Assembly (NCBI GenBank): GCA_907165135.1
Contig: OU015569.1
Coordinates: 8,184,001-8,248,000 of the forward strand
DNA length: 64,000 nucleotides
Direction of reading: 5' to 3'
DNA from: Oikopleura dioica
Lineage: Eukaryota > Animalia > Chordata
Made by a program: the position numbers and the translations under genes. Below are positions 13,781 to 22,971 of the stretch, one piece after another; within the stretch, counting starts at the first letter, position 1, and every line of letters begins with the position of its first letter. The notes under the pieces were generated by a model. That model saw only the letters and a program-made list of their open reading frames with translations. It did no database searches and was not told the DNA's origin.

Positions 13781-15900
13781 TCACGTTGTCCTTTTATCTT
13801 CGACCATGACGACCCAGTCGTTGCTCGAAACGGCTTTCAGGGGACCTACCCAGCGTTCCTTCTTGCTTTTAGCGTCGGTCAGGTTTTCTCGCTTCATGTA
13901 CACGACAGCGCCAGCGGGGATTGGTCTCGGCTTAGGCTCGTTTTTCAGCCTGTGCTCCATGGCTCGGTCAGCAGCTTCCATCGCAGTTTTCACAATGGCT
14001 TCCGCCGATTTCGCTAAAGCTCCAACATTGAGACCAAACACCTGAGGTGTTTCCGCTGTCATTTCTGCGCCAGTAGAGTGGGTGAAAGTACTTTTTCGGC
14101 CAAACCAAACTTCTCGCGGTGAAATTTTCGTGCTTTTGTTTTTCACACTATTGAGCGCGCGCATCACGTGGGGAACGCAGTCGGCCCAAGTTTTTCGACC
14201 GGAAGATGAGTTGACCATGCAGAATAGACTGTTTTTGATAGTCCGATTCGCTCTTTCTGCGAAAGCGTTTGATTGAGGGTGAAATGCGGTACTTATTGTA
14301 TGTTTTATCTGGTTAAGCTTACACATTTCGTCAATCACGCTTGCGCAGAAGTGGGTACCTCTGTCACTGTGTAGATGTTTCGGCAAGAAATCCATGGGAA
14401 GGAAGACCTTGTAGATGAGCGCTTTTGCAGCGCAGATAGCAGTGTCGGACCGCGTCGGAATGCACCAAGTGTAGCGAGAGAAAGTGTCCGCCACCACCAA
14501 ATAATACTTGAATCCGCCAGCGGGAGGCATACAAGCGAAATCGATCTGAATCGATTCGCCAGCTGTTTTTCCACGACGAAGGGTTCCAAGTGGCGGTTTG
14601 GTACGAGTTCCAGCAGATCCTTTTCTGCGTAGGCAAGGGACGCAGCTGTGGACGTAGTTAGAAACATCGTCTTGAAATGAAGGCCACCAAACGTCCTCTA
14701 ATCGCTCTAAAGTCCGCGGCTCGCCCAGATGACCGGACAAGTCGTGAGCTAGAAAGAGAAAGTGACTTTTTACCGCTTCCGGTACCACCGCCCGCGCGCC
14801 AGATTTGAATTGACACATCAAGCACCCGGTAGTGTTATCCAGGAACAGAGCTTTTTCCATCTTGAGTAGAGACGATTGTCGGTGGTCGGAGTCCTTCACC
14901 AGCGATTTTATGTCCAGTGGCTCCTTACCAGATTCCAGAAAAGTGATGATTGCACTCAGAGCAGAGTCCTCCCTTTGATAGTCCAGAATGTTATTATAAT
15001 TCGCTGACACCAACGGAATCTCCATTGGCGCCGCGATAGCCTTGACGTTTACCTTATGTATCTTCACCTCTGATAAAGTGATTTTCTCCGGAAACTGATT
15101 TTCGTTCCAGAAAGGGACGAAGACACGTACTGGTGAATTCTTGTCGATTTCGTACTCGCGACCAACGGGAAACTCAGAGTCGTATCCAAGTGATTTGTCG
15201 TCCTCGCCAGGTCTGCGGCTCATAAAGTCGGCGAATTGATTTTCTGATCCCTTGATGTAGACAATGTGAAAATCGAATTCTTCCAATCGGCTTTGCCATC
15301 GGCTTATTTTAGAATTCTTGAACTTCTTTTTGTGTAGGAAGATCAAAGATCGGTGGTCTGTGTGAATCTGAAAGAATCTACCTTTCAGGAGCTTTTCCAG
15401 TCGCTCGCAGCACCAGACAATGCTAAACATTTCCTTTTCTGAAGTGTTCCATTTTCTTTCAGCTTTGTTGAAGGTGTGGGAAATCGCGCTTACTAGGTGC
15501 ACTCTCCCGCCATACTCTTGTAGCAGGACGCCACCCGCTGCGTACAGGCTCGCGTCTGTGTAGAGATGAAAAGACTCGTCAAAGTTAGGAAAACTTATGA
15601 CTGGAGTCTCGGAGAGTCGTCGTTGAATTTCCTTGAGCGCCAAATCCGCTTCTTTGGTCCACTTGAAACAATTTGTTTCGTTCGCCGAATTTCGAACATC
15701 GTTTATGGGCTTCATTCTGCTCGAGAAGCAACCGGATGAAATAGCTTCGCCCATTTTCGTTTCTAGAAAACCTCGGATCCAATTCAATGACCCGATTAAT
15801 GAAGCTAACTCCTTTTGGGAGCGTGGGGGTTTCATCTGACGAAGAGCGGAGACTTGCGCAGGGTCCGGTTTGATTCCATCTTCGTTGATGATTCGGCCCA
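13781..15900 (-). CDS. pol: RT thumb - RNase H - integrase
   Basis: LGRIINEDGIKPDP; FHLYTDASLYAAGGVLLQ and EKEMFSIVW (RNase H); HDLSGH...CVPC (HHCC); IQIDF, HSDRGTHF, AERANRTIK (DDE); RWVGPLKAV (GPY/F-like). Confidence 0.95.
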
Positions 15901-16565
15901 AAAGTGAGCTTCGGATTGTAGGAAAGAGCACTTTTCGCCCTTGAGTTTAGCGTTAAACTTGCGGAGCGCGATGAATAGGTTTCGGAGAGTGTTGTAATAG
16001 CAGCTGAAAGTCTTCCCAAAACACACTATGTCATCGATATAAGAAAGCATCTTTTTCCTGGTGGGGCTTGAGTCGAGAATTGTGTTTACGACGCGCGAGA
16101 ATATATTCCCCGAGCATCGATAACCGAATGGTAGTCTGCAGAAGGCGTAAGATTTCCCACCCCACTGGAAGGAAGTCTTGTACCTGTCGCTTTTCTTTAC
16201 AGGGCACTGCCAATATCCACTTCGTAGATCAACTGTGGCGAAAAACTTATTGCCCGGTCCAATGTTCGCAATCGTATCCTCCATGCTTGGGAGATGGTAA
16301 GGGTCGGATTTGTCGGAGAGGCATTTGTTCAGGCTGTTTTTGTAGTTGATGCAGAAGCGCATTTCCCCAGATTTCTTAGGAATAGGCAATACCGGGCTGT
16401 TAAACCCTTTCTGGTCTTTGATCTCTTCTATTATTTTCGTTTCGAGCAGTTCGGAGATGTGATCGCTGACCTGACCATGAAAAGCTTGCGGAATCGGGTG
16501 TTGACTGATGTTTCGACTCGTACCATCAGTCGGGATTTCGATCTCGAACGGGAATTCACCCATTT
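15900..16565 (-). CDS. pol: Reverse transcriptase core (frame-broken at both ends)
   Basis: FNSPVLPIPKKSGEMRFCINY, FATVDLRSGYWQ, RLPFG, YIDD, KCSFLQSE. Confidence 0.93.
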
Positions 16566-18236
16566 TTGACCGTCGCAGCCGAATCTGTCGTCGAATTCCA
16601 AACACAGCTCGGCGACCATCTTCTTTTGCCCCGGGTCTGCGTCTGCTGGTAGGGTTATTCCGAGTTTTTGCTTCGCTAGCTGAATGGGGCACCTGGCTGC
16701 GTTCTTGTTCGGCGCGTCCAGCTTTGGGACTTCTCGTGGTGGTTGAGTGCGGGACCGATCGCTGTCTTTGACCGCTGATCTAGTCGTCAAGTATTTCTTG
16801 ATTTTGGTCCGCTTCACTCCGTCCAGCTTCACCACTTGAGTCTCAGTTTGTGTGAAGGCTTCGTTGTAGCAAAATGAGAGAGTACGATTCTTATTGTCGA
16901 CTGTGAAGCTGTCCGTCATCGCATTCTCTAGTATATCGCGGCCCAGTAGACTTGGGTATTTACTGCCTGGCATAATGGTGAGATTCAGGGAGAATGCAGG
17001 GCCACCATTGAATGATAAGCGGCAGGGAAGGATACCCATCGGCTGCTCGGCGGGAATATTTGGGCTGAAACCGGTGACCTTGAAGGGACAGGGCTTCAGC
17101 ATCTGGAGAAATTCGTCGGGAACGTAAGCAGCGGACAGACAGGAGGACTCGGCTCCGCTGTCGACTTCCATCGATACGTCAAAACTTTTAGAGCCCGTAA
17201 TGATGGTAGCCGAAGCGAAATAAGCCTTTCCTGGTCGCTTCTTCTTCACTGTGTAAAAGTGAACGTCGAATGGTTGGAAATCTTCAACGTTCTTAGTCGT
17301 ATTTATCTTCTTGGATTCTGGTTGTTTATCGTCTTTCCCATCCTTAGAATCGTTGCTGGCGCGCTTAGCATTCTTCTTCTTTTTGTTCTTATTTCTGTTG
17401 AAGTGCTGGGAGACGGTCGCGCTGTCAACTCGATTCTGTCTTGTGGATTGGGCGAGACGGCAGAGTTCGTTGATATCGTAAACTTTTGATAGGCTTGGAA
17501 GGATTGCGTTGAAAACGTCTGGTTCTTCTTTCCTAAGATTCAAGTACAGCATCATCGTCGAGAATATGTCAAATATTTCATCGACCCCGGCGTCGGCTGA
17601 CTTCTCTTGTCGGTAAGAGTTCAAAGTCGCTTGCTTCGCCTCGTTCATCTTTTGCAAGACGTTGGCGGTGTAGTGTGCAAACGGCTTCGAATGGTCGTAT
17701 TCGACGTCGAAAACTTCGCTTAGCTTCAGTAAGTAGTGACTCTTCGCGGCGAATGATTTCTCTAGCAGCGCCTTGGCCGATTTCCAGTCTTGACAATTCA
17801 GAAATTCGGTTCCAAGTGAGCGTTCGATGTTCAAGTCGAAGTGGCTGTACACTGCTGCGATGAAAGGCTGTTCACGTGAAGGTCTGTCGCGGACGTAGGC
17901 GCGGTGATAAATGTCGGCTCTGCCCAAGAAGGTGTTGAAAGATGTGTTGCATGCGGCGTCCAGCTTCGGCAAGTCTTGGACGTGACGAGACCAGGTAGTG
18001 GCCACCCATGCTTCTTCTCTCATTGTCGCATTCGTAGAGTCTTTTCCTTGATCGAGCTCGCAGGTAAGAAGCGTTGTACTGAGCTGTTCTAATTTTACTC
18101 TGCTTTCTGTGATCAAGGGCTCTAGGCTTGGCTTTAGTGATTCGTCATTTCGCACTTGTTCTTCGAGGTAGTTTACTCGATCGTTTATGCTTCTTATTTC
18201 GGTGACGGTTTCTAGCAGTGATTTGTTCGCCGCCAT
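16431..18236 (-). CDS. gag-pro: Retrotransposon Gag-aspartic protease ORF
   Basis: 601-aa ORF with helical capsid-like N-terminal half, a Lys-rich region with no CCHC knuckle visible, and protease motif MEVDSGAESSCL plus LLGRDIL. Confidence 0.9.
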   Translation of the reverse strand: MAANKSLLETVTEIRSINDRVNYLEEQVRNDESLKPSLEPLITESRVKLEQLSTTLLTCELDQGKDSTNATMREEAWVATTWSRHVQDLPKLDAACNTSFNTFLGRADIYHRAYVRDRPSREQPFIAAVYSHFDLNIERSLGTEFLNCQDWKSAKALLEKSFAAKSHYLLKLSEVFDVEYDHSKPFAHYTANVLQKMNEAKQATLNSYRQEKSADAGVDEIFDIFSTMMLYLNLRKEEPDVFNAILPSLSKVYDINELCRLAQSTRQNRVDSATVSQHFNRNKNKKKKNAKRASNDSKDGKDDKQPESKKINTTKNVEDFQPFDVHFYTVKKKRPGKAYFASATIITGSKSFDVSMEVDSGAESSCLSAAYVPDEFLQMLKPCPFKVTGFSPNIPAEQPMGILPCRLSFNGGPAFSLNLTIMPGSKYPSLLGRDILENAMTDSFTVDNKNRTLSFCYNEAFTQTETQVVKLDGVKRTKIKKYLTTRSAVKDSDRSRTQPPREVPKLDAPNKNAARCPIQLAKQKLGITLPADADPGQKKMVAELCLEFDDRFGCDGQKWVNSRSRSKSRLMVRVETSVNTRFRKLFMVRSAITSPNCSKRK

Positions 18237-18735
18237 AGCTCGAAATATATCGGCAGTAAGGGTTTATGGGCCTTGGATTACCTTTCAGGCCCTCAGAAAA
18301 TACTGCGACTAAAAGTCGCAATATGATGAGCTGAGGTGCCTTTTGCGCAAACGCCCGACGATTTCTCTGTCCAGCGATTGTCGAAATTTCAAGGTCTGGT
18401 CCAAGGGTCGATTCTTCGTAAACTTCTCTCGATTTTTGGTGAAAAGTGGCGAAAGAATTATGTTTTTCTCAGTATTTTAGGTTTTCCCCGGCGTGCGTGC
18501 GTGGTTGCGTGGGCGCGACTTTCGGCGCGTGGGTCGTGGTGGCGCTCGTGCGGTGGCGCTCGCTCGGGGTGGTGTTGGTGTGGTGCGGAAAATTCTCTGA
18601 GTGGAGTTTCTCCGGCGGCGCGGTGGCGGTTGGTGATTCGGTTCCCCTCGACTCCGCTGACGGCCAATCAGCGTCCAAGTTGCGAAACTTCGGTTGTCGA
18701 TGGCGGAAAAATTTACCTTTTCTCCAACGGGACTA

Positions 18736-18746
18736 CTCTGATACCA
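18736..18746 (-). promoter_or_regulatory. Primer binding site, tRNA-iMet type
   Basis: TGGTATCAGAG, 1 nt downstream of the 5' LTR CA end. Confidence 0.85.
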
Positions 18747-18747
18747 C

Positions 18748-19003
18748 TGAAGGGATCCTAGCTTCTGCTGAATCTCCCACTTCTAGCGTAGTTTGCCTGC
18801 TCTCTATATCTGGACGAGTGAAGAAAACGAGTAAAGTATCTTTGACGTCTGTATTTCGAGCTGGAGTAAAATAGAGGTTAATTCACGAACTGCGTGAATT
18901 ACCGAATGGAGAGAAATACACGGCGGCGACCGAGCAAAGCTCGATCTAGATAAGCAAGTGACCTTAGGGGACGAGGGAGTCTAACGAATCTAAGATCCCA
19001 ATA
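18748..19003 (-). repeat. 5' LTR
   Basis: 256 bp direct repeat of 12525-12780, followed on the minus strand by G and the PBS. Confidence 0.97.
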
Positions 19004-19721
19004 CTTATCTCCGAGCCCGTCAAGTCCGAGAATACGTCACCCTTTAAAAGAGGTGCCAAAAGTCACTCCAGTCTTAACCGGTAAACGCCTTAATCAAGTC
19101 AGATTTGTCTGCCCTCGCTGTTATCCTTTCTCTAATACAAGTAGTAACTATCACCTAAGTTTCCGCAAAGAGTCGCGCAAAAATGGCCAGCTGGAAAGAA
19201 ATAGTTCTAGTGCAAATGAAAGAAGCATCACCTCCCTAAATCGTGTGGACGCTCATAATCGTGGTACACCACCAAGTCTCCAGGCGCACTTAGGTGGAAA
19301 CTTTAGAGCCCCGACCTCTGTTTCGAAGAAGAAAAAGAAATCAAGGTAAGTCGCTTTTGTTTTCGGCACCGCTCAACTTTGATCTAGTTTCTTCGATAAA
19401 GTAAAGACGAAGCTGCACTTCAAGAAGCCAGAAGGTGGTGTAGAGCGAGTTGAGACACCCACTGGTGGCTGGATGAATACTTCTCTATCGCCGAGCAAAT
19501 CAGGTACCCTCTAGACTTAAATAGTTCTTGTAGGCTTCTAGATACGAATGAGCTTCCCAACGCCGACGTAGTTAAAATGACGCCAGGACGAAAATCAATA
19601 GGATAAATTGAAAATCACGATGACTTTTTAACTGCTCGATTACTGCCAAACTAAAACCGAGAGATTGCAACCTATACACAAAACTAGCTGAATTACGGAA
19701 TAAATAGTCAATTTTCTTCAG

Positions 19722-22708
19722 ATGTCTAAGTCAATGTAGATGGGATTTTTATTGGCGTTCTTTTCGGGATCGCATTTACAGTCGCAGCATTATACTTGTC
19801 AATAGCTTATTTACGTTATGAGCCTCCAAGGTAAATACTGAGCTCATCAAGGGACGCTTGTTAATAACTATTCTTTGTCTAGAATAGTCAGGCCGATCCA
19901 AGAACCAAGTCTTCCAACGCGCCTTTATGAACTGCTGAATAAAAGAGATGACTGGTTTAACTATTTGATCGCATTTGTCTACCGTGAGCTCTGTTATTCT
20001 GATGCCCTGCATCAGTTTGCTGTCAAGAAGATAAATGTTGAACTCGAGGAAGTGAAGGATAGCTCCAAGAAGGTCCTTCAGAAGCTTGCATTGAAAGATT
20101 ATGAATTTGGCTCTGTCATCCCGATTTTCTCTAGCCACGGATCGAATTTTTACTGTTTTGTAGTACCGTTTGATAAAGAACGAGGAATTTAATCCTAGGA
20201 AAGATTCCGGTTAACAGAGCCTGAAGGCGTTGACTGCGATGTTTGGACAGATTCTATATCGATCGAGTTCGACCTCGACTACGATGTCGGTGGTGCGCAA
20301 ATCGACGCCAACCGTGATCCAGCTCCAATTCAAGTCTCAGCCGAATGTTGGCCGATACTCTTTTCTTCTTCAGTAACTGTTATGATCAAAATATTCAAAA
20401 TAAAAGGAAGAGCTCGTCTCCATCTCACACGAAGGCCCTTCCCTTACTGGTATATTTCGTTTATGGAAAAGCCCGAGTTGGACTTCCGAGTTGAAACCAA
20501 TCTCAACAATCGCTATTCAAAGACAATCGAAAACCTCTTTGCAAGTCATATGATTAGAATGGTTCAGGTAACTATGTTTTATAGATTCTATGTGCAAATT
20601 TATTTTATCATTATTTGTATCACAAACTATCGTTTTATATCAGGCTCAATCTCACGGCGGTTTTTTAAGCGGCGCCACACAGTTCCGAATTTCAAACTGC
20701 GTCAAAGTCCTTTCTTTTCGAACGAGCACTTCGATTTGAAGTACCGGCCAGGAGACCCTGAGCGCGAGCTTATCAAAACGACACGAAGCGAGCTATCTAT
20801 AACAGCGAAAAGAGGACGAGGCTTTCCATGCCTATTCAATTCACCCACTAGCACTTCATCCTGCTGTTTCGTTACATTCCTCGTTTGTGATAAAACATAC
20901 GCAGAGCTCCAAACAAATCCCGACAAGAATGTGTCTGCAACGCAAACTGATTTTGAAGCAGGGGACGGCTTGGACGATGCCCCTGGATCTCGCTCGTACG
21001 ACTCCATCGCCGAAATGCAAGAGCGAGAAGAAAAACTTGACGAGTTCGTTAATATCACTGTTGGCAAAAAGAAAAACATAGCTCTGGCAGATGATGAAAC
21101 TGAAGGCGATATTGTAGAAGCTGGAGAGAACTTTAGTCCGCAAGTGGGACGAGAAAGCAAACGCGCCAAGCTGATGGGTCTCGCGCGAAATCTCAGAGAC
21201 CATGCGAAGGAATTACCAGTGCTACGAAATAGAAAGAAAGAATCTTCCCAGGCGACGCCCAGCCAAACATCAACCCCCCGAAAGTCAGACCAAGAAATTC
21301 CTCCCATTCCCAAGACGAAGCCGGAGCGCCTCGATTCCAACTCACTCTGGAATATTATATCGTCACAAGATCGCTTTTATCGCACAAAAGTTGCGCAACA
21401 ATCCAACAATACGTACCAATGGCGTTATCAAACTTTTAAAACTCACATTTCCACGGATCTAAACTCGTTGCTGGTAGGAGTCTGGGAAAAGCCACACGGT
21501 GTAGAAGAACCGAACCTTCTTGGGATCGCGGAAGTGCCAATCGACACGATTCTTCTCAAGGCAACGCAGACATTGAGGTAATAAGCAATTGCATACGATC
21601 AAACTGATAACGCTTTGAATAGCAAGTCGTTTCAGCGCAAAATCAAACTTTCGCAGCCACCTAACTTCGTCGAAGAGCGTTTCAGAGCCGCAGTTGGCCC
21701 CATAAATACAAATCGAGGATTTAGACCTGAATTCGCCATCGGTGACTTAACACTAGAGTTCGCGCTTACGATTGAGAGAGAACCCTCAGTACCAAAAACA
21801 ACATCAAATGTTCAAACGGAATATGAAAAATCAGATGCTCAGAATACATTTCAGGTAATTTGGGTGCTCCTCTCATTTCGTTAGTATTTCAAAATTATAA
21901 TTCAGCAAGCGCCAACGCTTGAGCCATCAAGCCGTGGCCGTATCTTTGGAAATATCAGAAACAAGTTTTGGAACGAAAAACACCAAAAATCCGACACTAC
22001 TCAACCAGCGAACTCTAGCCCTAGGTCAACACCAAAAGCTATGAATGTGAGGCCGCAATCTAGGGAGGATAGGTATGGATTTTAAATGTAAAAATATTGC
22101 ATTTTTACATCTTATTAAGCCAAATCGAAGATGAGTGTGAGGAGGTTGAGGTGGGCACTCCAGTTGATGATCGAGAGATTTTGATGATGAGTCAAGTACA
22201 CAAATATCAACCTGATTTAGGTAAAAGGGACTATTCAGGCCTCTATTATATATTTGGATTATACGATCTCGAGCAGTGGAGCATTTAATCCTTTACATTT
22301 TATCAACAAAACTCGTATTCTTAAGAGCATCCATTTATTTTTTTTATTCTTAAGTTGCCAAAAACCAAGAAGACATGTTCGCTGTATTGGCCAAAGCTGA
22401 AGGATCGAAAATATTCAGCGATCTTCCCGTGGAAGAACGAAAGTTTGCGATCGAAAAAGAAATGAGCAAAATAGAAGGAGAGATTGAAGCTGAACTTGGT
22501 AGGAAGCATTTGATGCAGCTTGAGTTTCAGTGCAATCCAGACTCAATATCGCTCGAGAATAACATCAAAAAGTGCGCAGGTAACGGCCAAGTAGCGTTTT
22601 TCGTTGGCGATAAAGCAAAGTATAGAGCGAGTTACATCTCTACAGACTCTTCTGATGACTTACACCTCTGCAATGCAAGATACCGAACTAGATCCGAAAA
22701 CCAAATAA
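19722..22708 (+). CDS. PDZD8: PDZD8-like ER lipid-transfer protein (TM - SMP - split C2 - coiled coil)
   Basis: TM GIFIGVLFGIAFTVAALYLSIAYL; SMP WFNYLIAFVYREL...KKINVELEEV...LQKLALKDYEFGSVIP; LTRRPFPYWYISFMEKPELDFRVE; KRRHTVPNFKLRQSPFF; C-terminal ERVTSLQTLLMTY. Confidence 0.85.
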
Positions 22709-22971
22709 GGATGCCTCATTTCACCGCCTGTTTCACTTGTTGTCAAATCATATTTCTTCATTACAGATACCCAAGATTATATTTTTCGAAGTTTTCTTTT
22801 GCCAGGTCTTCATTTAAATACAACTCAAGGAAAAGTAGTCCGTCAAATTCAGAAGTTTCCTCTTTCCCATTTTACACTCTTCATATACCTGTGCAATTAG
22901 TTGTTTTTCTGCTGCTTTTTTTCTGAAAATTTATCCGTGAGTTCAAATCATATCTTACTTTATATTTTTAG

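Larger units (their letters stand above)
12525..19003 (-). mobile_element. Full-length Ty3/gypsy LTR retrotransposon (Tor-like), 6,479 bp
   Basis: Two 256-bp LTRs; 4-bp TSD CTTA at 12521-12524 and 19004-19007; PBS and PPT present; domain order gag-PR-RT-RH-IN is gypsy type. Confidence 0.97.
10969..19606 (+). pseudogene. NCKAP5/NCKAP5L-like coiled-coil gene interrupted in a coding exon by the LTR retrotransposon (disrupted allele)
   Basis: RRVERLENENDGLNIENAKLKSQYMCTLDRIASHIASSFVKQ resembles the NCKAP5-family N-terminal coiled coil (from memory). Removing 12525-19007 restores an open exon ...SQRWSLQRKDSIHSL|ISEPVKSENTSPFKRGAKSHSSLNR with phase-compatible GT-AG introns on both sides; stop at 19606. 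Confidence 0.6.

Noticed and set aside
16555-16575. Programmed -1 frameshift between protease and RT
   Set aside because: There is no canonical slippery heptamer, and two similar homopolymer breaks occur inside conserved pol regions. Kept only as an alternative.
18336-18874. Plus-strand ORFs over the retrotransposon 5' UTR/LTR
   Set aside because: These arise from GC-rich low-complexity sequence and have no recognisable protein features.
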